Shown: positions 47,137 through 60,796, counted from the first letter of the stretch. The stretch is 64,000 nt of DNA from Macrostomum lignano (GCA_002269645.1 NIVC01000911.1:310001-374000); one strand, 5' to 3'. Notes: a model not told the origin generated them from the sequence alone. Translations and numbers: made by a program.

Positions 47137-48551
47137 ATATATATATGCCAGAAAATTCCAGCATACAAATGACCACCTTCAAAGTTGGCATACAAATTAT
47201 TGCATTTTTGCATGTTCATGCATGAACATTATAATGTAAATTAACATTTTTACATAAAATGAATTAAAATTTGTAAAGTCTAAAAAGTCAATGATAAACT
47301 TTTTGCTTCTTTAAATGAACAATAATTAAAGTTAGTATAAATTATTGCTAAGAACATAAATTTTGCTTACTTCTTTCTATCGGTATAATTTAAGTTTGTT
47401 TAAAATGAAAATATATTTAATTTTTTAAAAAGACTCTTTATATAAAAGCTTTTTTAGAAAACTCTACTCATGAATACCAAATGACATTTTAAATACTAGG
47501 CCTATATCTATACTAGATCTAATAAATACTATATCTGTATTTTTTGGGTGGGCATTTTTACAAGTTACCTTAATTGAGACCTTTACAAGCTGGCTAGGTT
47601 AGCCAAGTGCTGCATATGCATAATTATATCATAAGCCCATAAGTATCAAAATGGGAGGGCTAGAAAGCCATTGTCTTATTTTTTTAAATAGATAGAGTTT
47701 TCAATGGTACTTAGCCTATCCACTTTAAAAAAATATTCTTATGCCTATGCTAATAGGCTATATTTCAATGGTCTATAAAACATTAGATATAATCATGCAA
47801 TCCTTATCTTTATAAGTGATATAGACTGGGTATGGTATTGTTTCTTTTTGCATTTCTACAATTGTAAAAACTTTTATAATTCTGTCTATGTGCTAAAGTA
47901 TTGCAGTAATTAAAAATATTCAAGTTACTAAAAAGTAGTATGATAGTGTTTTTTGCTATATAGAAATATATCAGAATTTTTACTAGATATCATTGACATT
48001 AGAGATTTTTATATTTTGTATTTTTTTATTTAATGTATTTAATTATTTTATATTACAAAATAAATTATTTAATATAAATTTGATAGTAAATATTTAACTA
48101 TATTAATAATCTTTAAAAAATGACTAAAATCAATCTATGTCTATATTCTAGCTTTTTATTAATTAATCTATCAATCATAGTATTATATGAAATATTAAGT
48201 GAGGTAACTATATTATATTTTAAGTTTTGTTTTACATCTATATATGCTTTGAAGATAACATGAAAAAATCTAAGTAATTATTATAGCTAATTAGTTTGAG
48301 CGCCCAAATTTTATTTAACTTTTCAAGAAAAAAATATTTTTTATTTTATTTAAGTAGTAAAATAAATGTGAAAATCTATATAGATTAAGTTGGATTAAAT
48401 TTTTCCAATTTTTTGTTTTGGTCTAACAAGGGCTATCTTTAGGGTTTAAAATATTTTCACTAATGCAACAACTTTTATAAGAGATAAACAGAAAAGAAAT
48501 GTTTATTATAAAGTCCAGGGGCATACATATCAGGGGCAGATATGCTTGGGT

Positions 48552-48701
48552 GCAACCTTGGGATTCACTTGGCCATTTCTATTGGCAACATACACATATG
48601 TTGCTATTGGATGGAATAGTAGTCACATGACTACTCTCAGCCAATAGCAACTTACATATGCATGTTGCCAATAGAAATAGCCAAGTAAATCCCAAGGTTG
48701 C
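48552..48701. mobile_element. Palindromic 150-bp hairpin element (MITE-like)
   Basis: gcaaccttgggatt...gtagtcacatgactac...aatcccaaggttgc is self-complementary along nearly its whole length. Confidence 0.6.
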
Positions 48702-49600
48702 GCATGTATGGGGGTAGAATGTTCAAAGTAAGTTAGCAAAGATTGTAAGTACAATGATTAGGTTTGTGCCTTCACTTAGAATACCTTGAGTAAATGGCTC
48801 ACACCACTGTGAGAAAGTTAAATATTTAGATTTAGTTTCTGGTTTTTGATTTACATGGATTCAAGTATATTGAGCCTAAAGTCAGTCCTACAATAATCAA
48901 TAATTTTAAACTGCTGAGTTTGCTTAATATTGCAACAACTATTGCAACAGAGCAGGTGGTCTTGGATAGCCAACCTTTTCAACCAATGCTCTTGAACTCT
49001 GGTGTATGGGTGTCAATAGAATAAGAGAACTTGTACACAACACCCACAGCCAGAGCAAGGGGAAAATGGGATTTAAGTCTACCAACATATTTCGCATTTT
49101 TAGTTCAAGGCAAAATTGTATATTTTGTATATTTTTAAAGGTTTTTTAAGCATTAAAATTGCAATACTATTTGCGATTATTGGCCTAATTCTAAATGCCA
49201 AATTGAAAACCAATATTCTGGCTAGTGTCAGGCAGTTAAAAAGTTCAAAATCAAATATAAATACATCCCTACCCAATTTTTAATATTGTCTCTTAACCCA
49301 ATGAAGTTGCAAAAGTCTACTGATTCCATGTTTAAAGATTAGCCAAATTGACAATTCATAGAGTTCTTTAAATCCTGCATATTCCTACATAAATTTTTAT
49401 TGAACTTAAATGTTTGCAATACCTATTTTTCAATTTGGCATCCTGTTTGCATAGCTGCCTGTCTGTTAAACATCTGCCATTGCAAATAACAACAACTTGC
49501 CTTCCAGCTGTAAATTGACTCTATTTTGAAAATAAACAATCTTAGCTGATTTTCTATCTATTGGAAACTGACAAAGGACAAATAAGGATCCAGGCAAAAA

Positions 49601-49917
49601 ATGTCTTTTGGGCCTGGCGCTTCTGGTGGGACGCCGCCTCGTGCGCCTCAGCTATATAATCCGACAGCATTTGCCTCTGGCACTGCTCAATCAGCTAATG
49701 CCCAATCCAAAGGCTGGAATCCCTTTGCTTCGCAGCCGCAGTCATCATCAATGTACGGTACACCTGTGTTTCCTGGAAACTATAGCAGTGCAGCCGATCT
49801 AGATCCTGATAATTTTTTTTCATCTTTTGGCGTGTCTAGTCCGCCTAAGCCGAATTCCCAGCCGCCGCCGCCGCCGCCACCACAGGCGCAGCAGTATTTT
49901 AAACCACAGAGCGCTTA
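49601..49917 (+). CDS. SEC16: Sec16, probable first coding exon
   Basis: ATG at 49601, Pro/Ser-rich. Donor TA|gtaagt at 49918 (phase 2) is compatible with the acceptor at 50551/50554. Confidence 0.6.
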
Positions 49918-50039
49918 GTAAGTTAATAATTAGTACATCTAATACACTCCATAAAGTTTTAGTAATATTTCATATTCTCGATCAAATCTCAGATATGCAA
50001 TTTCACACATCATCTTACATTGAAATGTTAAACTCTTCT

Positions 50040-50480
50040 TAATCTCTGAGTTTGATTTTAGAACTCCCACATCATCAATCTCATGACTGTTGAGAGAAGG
50101 ATTTCAGTCTCAGCATTAATGATTCAGTATCATTAATCTCTGAGTTAGATTTTACACTTCTCTCTTAGGATGAAAATTCACAATCTCATAATGATGCTAC
50201 TCAATCTCAGGATTGGACTTCTCAATCTCAAGACGAGACTTCAGAATTCTCAATCTCAGGACGATACTTCTCAATCTGAGGATGAGACTTGAACTTCTCA
50301 ATCTTAGGATGATGTGACTTACTTCTCAATCTCAGGATAAGATTTTAAACTTCTCAGTATTATAATGAGAATTAGTATATAGGAAGGATGTCGGAGTAAA
50401 AGCATCGATTCTTATTGTCAGAAACTCAGAGTGAGATTGCAGGCTAAATTACTCAACATTCCGAAGATTGAGGGAGAATT
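50040..50480. repeat. Degenerate intronic repeat (TTCTCAATCTCAGGATGAGAC-like), Sec16 intron 1
   Basis: Recurrent ctcaatctcag motif. Confidence 0.55.
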
Positions 50481-50551
50481 TTAGAGCGTCAAAACTTGAA
50501 AAAATATTGAACCAGTTAATCTCTTCAACCCATTTTTACCCTTGATATCAG

Positions 50552-53500
50552 CAGCTGCGATCAGCCGGACTCAAATGCTGCTCATCAAGCGCCTGTGGCG
50601 GCGCCTGCGGCTTCTACGGCGTACGCCTGGCCAACTGCCGACTATCGCGTCGATGATAACGAGGACAATGCTTCTGGCGAAGCGGGCGGCGGAGACTGGA
50701 ACGACATCGATTTAGATGCGGAATCTCGCGGCGGAGGCAACGGCAGCGGCAGCGGCGGAGGCGGCGGCGGTTGGGAAGACGAGATCGGCATGCTAGGCGT
50801 GGCTTCCAGCGTGGACTCTCGCAATAAGGAGTATTTTTCTTCTTCTAGCAGCGGTAGCGGCGGCAGCAGCGGCAATGGCATGGACGAAGAAGACGAAGTT
50901 GATGACGATGGAGAGGGCAGCTCCGATGCCGTCCAAAGCGACACAGATAGCCAAATTGCTGGCGGGGAGCAGCCGCCCCATCAGGTTTATCAGCCGAACG
51001 CTTCGGCTGCAGCTGTCAGTCAGGCTGACATGCATCAACAGTCTGTTTTAGAGTCTTTCCAGCCTGATTCATCAGCAGCTTCCGCTAGTCAGGGCTATCA
51101 GATCTATCAGCCAAATTTAACCAATCCTCCTCCAGATACTACTAATGAGGATACTACTGCTACTCATCAGCAGCAGGATTATCCTGACTCTAACTATGAT
51201 CGTCTACAGAATATGGAGCAGCCTGAAGATAATGGGGAGTCTAGAAGTACACCACCGCCAGTAATGGGCAGTCAGGAGCATTGGCAGTTTGATGAAGCCC
51301 CGTCTGATAGTCAGTCCGCTCCGCCGGAATTGTTTGCCAACTCGGCTATTGAGCAGTCATTTCTTCCTACACCTGCCAATCAGGCTTATCAACTGCCAGC
51401 TGTGCAGTCAGCTGCTAGTGGCCATTCTTTGACTAACTCTTTGTTTCAACAGTCTGCGCCTTCGCTAGCTGGCTCTTTGTTCCAACCGTCTGCGACTATT
51501 CCACCAGCTAGTCAGGCTTACCAACAATCGATGCCACCTCCAGTCAGTCAGGCTTACCAACAATCGGCGCCACCTCCAGCCAGTCAGGCTTACCAACAAT
51601 CGGCGCCACCTCCAGCCAGTCAGGCTTACCAACAATCGGCGCCACCTCCAGCTAGTCAGGCTTACCAACAATCGGCGCCACCTCCAGCCAGTCAGGCTTA
51701 CCAACAATCGATGCCACCTCCAGCCAGTCAGGCTTATCAACAATCGGCGCCACCTCTAGCCAGTCAGGCTTATCAACAATCGGCGCCAACTCCACCACCA
51801 GCCAGTCAAGCTTATCAACAATCGGCGCCAACTCCTCCACCAGTCAGCCAGGCTTATCAACTATCGGCGCCAACTCCACCACCAGTCAGCCAGGCTTATC
51901 AACTATCGGCGCCACCTCCAGCCAGTGAGGCTTATCAACAATCGGTGCCACCTCCACCTCCAGTCAGCCAGGCTCATCAACAATCGGCACCACTTCCATC
52001 TGCTAGGCAGGCTTATCAAAAATCGATGCCACCAGAAAGTCAGGCTTATCAACAATCGGCGCCAACTCCTCCACCAGCCAGTCAGGCTTACCAACAATCG
52101 ACGCCACCTCCAGCCAGTCAGGCTTATCAACAATTCGTGCCAACTCCACCACCAGCCAGTCAGGCTTATCAACAATCGACGACACCTCCAGCCAGTCAGG
52201 CTTACCAACAATCGATGCCACTTCCAGCTAGTCAGGCTTACCAACAATCGACGCCACCTCCAGCCAGTCAGGCTTATCAACAATCGACGCCACCTCCAGC
52301 CAGTCAGGCTTACCAGCAATCGACGCCACCTCCAGCCAGTCAGGCTTATCAACAATCGGCGCCACCTCCATCCAGTCAGGCTTACCAACAATCGACGCCA
52401 CCTCCAGCCAGTCAGGCTTATCAACAATCGGCGCCACCTCCATCCAGTCAGGCTTACCAACAATCGACGCCACCTCCATCCAGTCAGGCTTATCAACAAT
52501 CGGCGCCACCACCAGCCAGTCAAGCTTATCAACAATCGGGGCCAACTTTAGCGCCTCCAGCCAGTCAGGCTTATCAACTATTGGCGCCACCTTCAGCCAG
52601 TCAGGCTTATCTACAATCGGCGCTACCTTCAGTCAGCCATGCTCATCAACAATCGGCGCCAACTCCTCCACCAGCCAGTCAGGCTTACCAACAATCGACG
52701 CCACCTCCAGCCAGTCAGGCTTATCAACAATTCGTGCCAACTCCACCACCAGCCAGTCAGGCTTATCAACAATCGACGACACCTCCAGCCAGTCAGGCTT
52801 ACCAACAATCGATGCCACTTCCAGCTAGTCAGGCTTACCAACAATCGACGCCACCTCCAGCCAGTCAGGCTTATCAACAATCGACGCCACCTCCAGCCAG
52901 TCAGGCTTACCAGCAATCGACGCCACCTCCAGCCAGTCAGGCTTATCAACAATCGGCGCCACCTCCATCCAGTCAGGCTTACCAACAATCGACGCCACCT
53001 CCAGCCAGTCAGGCTTATCAACAATCGGCGCCACCTCCATCCAGTCAGGCTTACCAACAATCGACGCCACCTCCATCCAGTCAGGCTTATCAACAATCGG
53101 CGCCACCACCAGCCAGTCAAGCTTATCAACAATCGGGGCCAACTTTAGCGCCTCCAGCCAGTCAGGCTTATCAACTATTGGCGCCACCTTCAGCCAGTCA
53201 GGCTTATCTACAATCGGCGCTACCTTCAGTCAGCCATGCTCATCAACAATCGGCGCCAACTCCTCCACCAGCCAGTCAAGTTTATCAACAATCGGCGCCA
53301 ACTCTACCGCCTCCAGTCAGCCAGGCTCATCAACAATCGGCGCCAACTCTACCTCCAGTCAGCCAGGCTCATCAACAATCGGCGCCACTTCCATCTGCTA
53401 GGCAGGCTTATCAACAATCAATGCCACCAGAAAGTCAGGCTTATCAACAATCGGCGCCAACTCCTCCACCAACCAGTCAGGCTTATCAACAATCGGCGCC

Positions 53501-55358
53501 AACTCCAGTCAGCCAGGCTTATCAACAATCGGCGCCAACTCCACCACCAGCCAGTCAATCTTATCAACAATCGATGCCACCCGAAAGTCAGGCTCATCAA
53601 CAATCGGCGCCACCTTTTGGAGCCAGTCAGGCTTATCAACAAGCATCGCCACCACCAGCCAGTCAGGCTTATCAACAACCGGCGCCACCTTCAGTAAGCC
53701 AGGCTTATCAACAACCGGCGCCACCTCCAGACAGCGAGGCTTATCAACAACCGGCGCCACCTCCAGCCAGCCAGGCTTATCGTCTATCGGCGCCACCGCC
53801 ACCTCCGGCACCCAGTCAGGCTTATCAACAATCGGCGCCACTTCCGTCTGCCAAACAGGCTTATCAACAATTGGCGCCACCTGCATCTGCCAGTCAGGCT
53901 TATCAAATATTCACACCAAGCATGGCAAGTTATTATTCCCAGTCTTCCACTGCAGTGACCACAGCTTTAACCAGCCAACCCTTGACTGCTTTGCCTAACC
54001 AGTTTGCTCCAATGGCAAAACAACAACAACAGCAGCCGCAATTCTATCAACCATATAGCGCTGCAAACGATGACAAAGGCACCGCCGCTGCATTTTTTGA
54101 TCACGGCAGCGACGAAGATGTCGATGTTAGAAAAGCTGGCGAAGTTGCTAGCGCTTCTGGTTCTGCAGCCGCCGCTAGTCCGAGAGAGGAGGCAACTACA
54201 GCTTTGAGTGTAAGCAGCTTCCAGCTGCCGCCGCTGCCTCCGCCGCCTGTGCAGCAACAGCCGAAACAGCAACCTTCACATTCAACAGCGGCTGACGATT
54301 TCAATCCTCAAGGATATCTTTACTTGCAACCAGGTCATCTGCAACAGCAGCAACAAGATAGTCAATTGGAACGAACCCTGACTCCGCCTGATAGTCGTCG
54401 GGCGATGTATCAGCCTCAGTATTCGCAACAGCAGCAACAGCCCGTGTCTTCTAGACCACCCTCTGTGCCAGCGGCTCCGTCATCTCAGGCTCAGGCTGCC
54501 TTTCATCAATCCAGCCCATTGATACCACAGCAGCAGCAGGCTCAGCCTCAGCCTCATCCACCAAAGGCTCAAATTCGAATGCCTGGCCTATCGGACACTG
54601 CTAGGCCTAGCAGCGAAATTCAATCAATTATGGCCGAGTTAAAACCTAGCCGTCAGGTGCTAAGCGTGTCTCAACAGCAGCAACAGTTACAGGCGGCTCG
54701 ACAGCAGCAGCAGCTACAGCAGCAGCAGCAATTGCAACAGCAGATGCAATTGTTGCAGCAGCAACAGCAACAGCTTCAACAGCAGTTATTGCAACAGCAA
54801 TACGGTCGCTCGTCTAATAAACACTCTCGTACAACATCCAAGACGTCTAGTTTAGCTTCGAATAATTCCATAGAATTAGGCAGTTCGGCTACAGGCTTGC
54901 CAAACATGCCATCGGCTGTACAACAATCGCAACCGCAGCCGCAGTTGTACCCGAGTTCCAGTCTGTTTCCTTATCAGCAGCACCAGCAATACGGTTATTC
55001 ACCAGCTGGTAGCAGGACAGCCAGTAGGCCCACCAGCAGGCCGGCAAGTCGAGCTGGCAGTGTCGCTAGCGAGTTGGCCGCCTCAGCATCCAGCCCGGCG
55101 CTGGGCAGCCTTGCCCAACAGTACGAGCAGTACTTTGATAATTGTATCAGACAGCAGCCGCAGAATGCCGCGTATTTTCATCAGCAGCGACAGGAGTATA
55201 GGAATTATTTTCTTAACTACATGAACTATGTCCAACAGGCGCAGTACGATGGAGACGGCGATGGCGATTATGCTCAACCGTCTGGTCGGTGCACTCCGTT
55301 AAAGTTCAATTTGCCTCACGCCAGACTGGGACTGGACGCTCCGGGACTTGTTGTACAG
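50552..55358 (+). CDS. SEC16: Sec16 giant exon (disordered N-terminal region, repeat domain, start of central conserved domain)
   Basis: Single open frame (ORF 50595-55430). Ends ...CTPLKFNLPHARLGLDAPGLVVQ|gtggga, similar to the TPxKFxxPH start of the Sec16 central conserved domain. Confidence 0.8.
51500..53910 (+). repeat. Coding tandem repeat, 33-39 bp units (PPPASQAYQQS[A/T])
   Basis: Dozens of in-frame units with frame preserved throughout. Confidence 0.92.
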
Positions 55359-55414
55359 GTGGGATTGATATTGTCTGATCTGGATTTTTGTGAAATGGAG
55401 TTTTGTGAGAGAGA

Positions 55415-57745
55415 ATCGCTCTTAGACTAATTCTATCTGAGTGAGAATCGGCCTTTACCTACCTGAGAGAGTGAGAGAATCGCCCTTTACCTACCTGAGA
55501 GAGAGAATCGCCCTTTACCTACCTGAGAGAGAGAATCGCCCTTTACCTACCTGAGAGAGAGAATCGCCCTTTACCTACCTGAGGGAGAGAATCGCCCTTT
55601 ACCTACCTGAGAGTGAGAGAGAGAATCGCCCTTTACCTACCTGAGAGAGAGAGAGAATCGCCCTTTACCCACCTGAGAGTGAGAGAGAGAATCGCCCTTT
55701 ACCTACCTGAGAGAGAGAGAGAGAATCGCCCTTTACCTACCTGAGAGTGAGAGAGAGAATCGCCCTTTACCTACCTGAGAGAGAGAATCGCCCTTTACCT
55801 ACCTGAGAGTGAGAGAGAGAATCGCCCTTTACCTACCTGAGGGAGAGAATCGCCCTTTACCTACCTGAGAGTGAGAGAGAGAATCGCCCTTTACCTACCT
55901 GAGAGAGAGAGAGAATCGCCCTTTACCTACCTGAGAGTGAGAGAGAGAATCGCCCTTTACCTACCTGAGAGTGAGAGAGAGAGAGAGAGAGAGAGAATCG
56001 GCCTTTACCTACCTGAGAGAGAGAATCGCCCTTTACTTACCTGAGAGAGAATCGCCCTTTACCTACCTGAGAGTGAGAGAGAGAATCGCCCTTTACCTAC
56101 CTGAGGGAGAGAATCGCCCTTTACCTACCTGAGAGTGAGAGAGAGAATCGCCCTTTACCTACCTGAGAGAGAGAGAGAATCGCCCTTTACCTACCTGAGA
56201 GTGAGAGAGAATCGCCCTTTACCTACCTGAGAGTGAGAGAGAATCGCCCTTTACCTACCTGAGGGAGAGAATCGCCCTTTACCTACCTGAGAGAGAATCG
56301 CCCTTTACCTACCTGAGAGAGAGAATCGGCCTTTACCTACCTGAGAGAGAATCGCCCTTTACCTACCTGAGAGAGAGAATCGCCCTTTACCTACCTGAGA
56401 GAGAATCGCCCTTTACCTACCTGAGAGAGAGAATCGCCCTTTACCTACCTGAGGGAGAGAATCGCCCTTTACCTACCTGAGAGTGAGAGAGAATCGCCCT
56501 TTACCCACCTGAGGGAGAGAATCGCCCTTTACCTACCTGAGGGAGAGAATCGCCCTTTACCTACCTGAGAGTGAGAGAGAGAGAGAGAGAGAGAGAATCG
56601 GCCTTTACCTACCTGAGAGAGAGAATCGCCCTTTACTTACCTGAGAGAGAATCGCCCTTTACCTACCTGAGAGTGAGAGAGAGAATCGCCCTTTACCTAC
56701 CTGAGGGAGAGAATCGCCCTTTACCTACCTGAGAGTGAGAGAGAGAATCGCCCTTTACCTACCTGAGAGAGAGAGAGAATCGCCCTTTACCTACCTGAGA
56801 GTGAGAGAGAATCGCCCTTTACCTACCTGAGAGTGAGAGAGAATCGCCCTTTACCTACCTGAGGGAGAGAATCGCCCTTTACCTACCTGAGAGAGAATCG
56901 CCCTTTACCTACCTGAGAGAGAGAATCGGCCTTTACCTACCTGAGAGAGAATCGCCCTTTACCTACCTGAGAGAGAGAATCGCCCTTTACCTACCTGAGA
57001 GAGAATCGCCCTTTACCTACCTGAGAGAGAGAATCGCCCTTTACCTACCTGAGGGAGAGAATCGCCCTTTACCTACCTGAGAGTGAGAGAGAATCGCCCT
57101 TTACCCACCTGAGGGAGAGAATCGCCCTTTACCTACCTGAGGGAGAGAATCGCCCTTTACCTACCTGAGAGAGAATCGCCCTTTACCTACCTGAGAGAGA
57201 GAATCGCCCTTTACCTACCCGAGAGAGAGAATCGCCCTTTACCTACCTGAGGGAGAGAATCGCCCTTTACCTACCTGAGAGTGAGAGAGAATCGCCCTTT
57301 ACCTACCTGAGGGAGAGAATCGCCCTTTACCTACCTGAGGGAGAGAATCGCCCTTTACCTACCTGAGGGAGAGAATCGCCCTTTACCTACCTGAGGGAGA
57401 GAATCGCCCTTTACCTACCTGAGGGAGAGAATCGCCCTTTACCTACCTGAGGGAGAGAATCGCCCTTTACCTACCTGAGGGAGAGAATCGCCCTTTACCT
57501 ACCTGAGAGTGAGAGAGAATCGCCCTTTACCTACCTGAGGGAGAGAATCGGCCTTTACCTACCTGAGAGAGAGAATCGCCCTTTACCTACCTGAGGGAGA
57601 GAATCGCCCTTTACCTACCTGAGAGTGAGAGAGAATCGCCCTTTACCTACCTGAGGGAGAGAATCGCCCTTTACCTACCTGAGAGAGAGAATCGCCCTTT
57701 ACCTACCTGAGAGTGATAGAGAGGGAGAGAATCGCCCTTTACCCA
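55415..57745. repeat. Intronic minisatellite GAGAATCGCCCTTTACCTACCTGA + variable (GA)n, Sec16 intron 2
   Basis: Constant 24-nt core with a GA-microsatellite linker. Confidence 0.95.
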
Positions 57746-57755
57746 AATTGCCCAG

Positions 57756-58010
57756 GTACCAGCAGCCAGACCAGATGAAGGCGAGCCAGCCCGCGTGCAT
57801 CTACTCGAAAGCTCGTGCGTTGTTAGCGAAGCAGAAAAACTCGAATTCGTCTCCTTTCCCGGGCCGCTAGTTCGCGGTAAAACTTTAAAAAGCGAAGTTC
57901 GAGCCTATTTGAATGGCAAACTGCAACAGCTGCAAGATCGACTGGCTGGCGACTGGGATAGCGCGACTCTGCTTATTGGCTATCTTGACTTTCTCATTCG
58001 GAATAATGGG
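57756..58010 (+). CDS. SEC16: Sec16 exon (central conserved domain)
   Basis: cccag|VPAARPDEGEPARV...FPGPLVRGKTLKSEV...LLIGYLDFLIRNNG|gtgagc, phase 0/0. Confidence 0.88.
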
Positions 58011-58169
58011 GTGAGCTGCAGCTGCTACTGACGGGGTGTTAAATGTAATTATTAACAGCCGTCATAAAGGCATATTTACACAAATTGCAGGTGTGAAAAT
58101 ATACACTTAATTATAGTGATATTTAGACAGAAACATCTAGACCGCTATACAAGGGCAGGCTTATCAAGA

Positions 58170-59155
58170 CTAACACTAACACAGACGCTCGAAGACAGGC
58201 ACATTAAAAAAGACACATTAAGATAGGCATACTAAGACAGACACCTTAAGACAGTCGCATTAAGACAGGCACATTAAGACAGTCGCATTAAGACAGATAC
58301 CTTAAGACAGTCGCATTGACACCGGCACATTAAGACAGACACCTTAAGACAGGCACCTTAAGACAGGTGCATTAAAACTGGCACCTTGAGACAGTCGCAT
58401 TAAGACAGATACCTTAGGACAGTCGCATTGAAACCGGCACATTAAGACAGACACCTTAAGACAGTCGAATTAAGACAGATACCTTAGGACAGTCGCATTA
58501 AGACAGATACCTTAAGACAGTCGCATTGAAACCGGCACATTAAGACAGACACCTTAAGACAGGCACCTTGAGACAGGCGCATTAAGACAGATAGATACCT
58601 TAAGACAGGTGCACTAAGACAGGCACATTAAGACAGTCACCTTGAGACAGACATATTAAGACAGTCACCTTGAGACAGACATATTAAGACAGTCACCTTG
58701 AGACAGACATATTAAGACAGTCACCTTGAGACAGACATATTAAGACAGTCACCTTGAGACAGACATATTAAGACAGTCACCTTGAGACAGACATATTAAG
58801 ACAGTCACATTGAGACAGACATATTAAGACAGTCATCTTGAGACAGACATATTAAGACAGTCACCTTGAGACAGACATATTAAGACAGTCACCTTGAGAC
58901 AGACATATTAAGACAGTCACCTTGAGACAGACTTATTAAAGCAGTCACCTTGAGACAGACATATTAAGACAGTCACATTGAGACAGACTTATTAAGACAG
59001 TCACCTTGAGACAGACATATTAAGACAGTCACCTTGAGACAGACATATTAAGAGAGTCACCTTGAGACAGACATATTAAGACAGTCACCTTGAGACAGAC
59101 TTATTAAAGCAGTCACCTTGAGACAGACATATTAAGACAGTCACCTTGAGACAGG
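58170..59155. repeat. Intronic minisatellite (19-bp variants, then 28-bp AAGACAGTCACCTTGAGACAGACATATT), Sec16 intron 3
   Basis: Tandem units visible directly. Confidence 0.9.
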
Positions 59156-59313
59156 TAGCACTAAGACTTTACACCCGAAGCCGCGCGCTAATACAAAAGT
59201 GCATAATCAATAAAATAAATAATTAAGCACCAGATATTAGTGCATGTGCACTATACAAAGACTGAGTGTTAATCACCGTCTCCCATCTCTATCTCCCTCT
59301 TCCTCACCACCAG

Positions 59314-59670
59314 ATAACAATGGGCGCAGATCTGACCGACCTACTCCTAGAAGGTCACGAGCCTCGCACCTCCGAATATCGCGATCACGGCCTCGCTATT
59401 CGGACTAATTCGTCCGATAATTTTGCTTCGTTGCCTCCAAGCGAACCGCCTAGCGGCAGGGCCAGCCCTACTGGCAGCGTGACCAGCATGCGGTCTGCCG
59501 GTCTCAGACAGCAGCAGCAGCAGCCGCCGTATTCTCTGCAGTCAAGCCAGGTGGCCCAGTTGATTGAACGACATGACGACAGGTTGATTGACAGGTTTCG
59601 CAAGTTGCTAATGTACGGACGGAAACGCGAGGCTTTGGAGTACGCTGGCAAACACGGCTTGTGGGGACAG
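59314..59670 (+). CDS. SEC16: Sec16 exon
   Basis: ccag|ITMGADLTDLLL...FRKLLMYGRKREALEYAGKHGLWGQ|gtgagg. Confidence 0.9.
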
Positions 59671-59754
59671 GTGAGGTTTTTGTTTCGATTATATATTTGA
59701 AATTTATTAAAATATCTCTATCTTTATTCAGTATTTATCATTTATTAAGTGGAC

Positions 59755-60400
59755 ACTAATCGCTCCTGAACTTCAATCGGAATCGATCTTAATCCCTACT
59801 CAAAACAGCCCCTAATCCTATTTAGAATCTCTTTAATCTTACTTATGGATTGAATCGCCCCTAATCTCTAAATAAAGTCGCTCCAATACTCACTTAGAGC
59901 CGCCCCTAATCCCTACTTAGAAACTCCCTAATTCCCAATTAGAATCTCCATAATCTCCAATTAAAATCACCCCTAATCTTTATTCAAAATCGCTCCTTAG
60001 TCCGAATTAGAATCGCCCCCAAAATTCCTACTTAGTATCGCTCCTAATTCTTTCTTAGAATCGCCTTTAATCCTTACTTAGAATTACCTGAATCCCTACT
60101 TAGAATCACACCTGATCCCTACTTGCAATCGTCCCTAATACCTACTTATAAGCGCACCTAATCCGTACTGAGAATTGCCCCTAAGCCCTACTAAAGATCG
60201 CCCTAATCCCCACTTAGAATGACACCTAAACCCTACTAAGAATCGCCCTAATCCCCACTTAGAATGACCCCTAATCTTTACTTAAAATCTCCTTAATCCC
60301 TAATTAGAATCGCCCCTAATCCCTACTTAGAATTAACGTCATCTTTACTCAAAATCGCCCAAAATCCCCTAATTAGGAATCACCTATAATGCAGAATTAA
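59755..60400. repeat. Degenerate intronic minisatellite (CTTAGAATCGCCCCTAATCCCTA), Sec16 intron 4
   Basis: Recurrent imperfect unit of about 23 bp. Confidence 0.75.
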
Positions 60401-60445
60401 AGAACTAATCAAGCAGTATCTCTTACTCAACCGCAACACTGACAG

Positions 60446-60796
60446 GCGCTGTTCCTATCCTACAACATGGACCCTGGCGTGCACGCCAAGATGCTGGTCC
60501 GCTTTGCCAATCAAGCGATGCGAATGAACGACCCGCTTCAGACGCTCTACCAGTACATGCAAGGCCAAATGCCAGCCGTCACTGCCGGATTAATGGATAC
60601 GACCGATTCTGCTTGGGGAGACTGGAGGCCTCATCTGGCTATGCTGCTGTCAAATCAGCCAGATAGACCCGAACTGGCTTCTCAGGCTATCGCTCAGATG
60701 GGCGACACTCTGGCCGCTAGGAGACTGCTGTACGCTTCCCAACTGTGCTATCTTATGGCTGGCGTACCGTTCTCCCAGTTCGGCTGCGATCGACAG
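60446..60796 (+). CDS. SEC16: Sec16 exon (ACE1-type domain)
   Basis: acag|ALFLSYNMD...RFAN...NDPLQTLYQYMQGQMP...WRPHLAMLLSN...MGDTLAARRLLYASQLCYLMA|gtattg. Confidence 0.92.

Noticed and set aside
51465-53886. Antisense and alternative-frame ORFs (WRWRRLL, DKPDW, INNRRHL repeats)
   Set aside because: They are shadows of the 33-39 bp coding repeat in Sec16.
55415-57745. CRISPR-like array (constant 24-nt repeat with variable spacers)
   Set aside because: The spacers are only GA/GT microsatellite of 2-20 nt, there are no unique spacers or cas genes, and the array lies in a spliceosomal intron.
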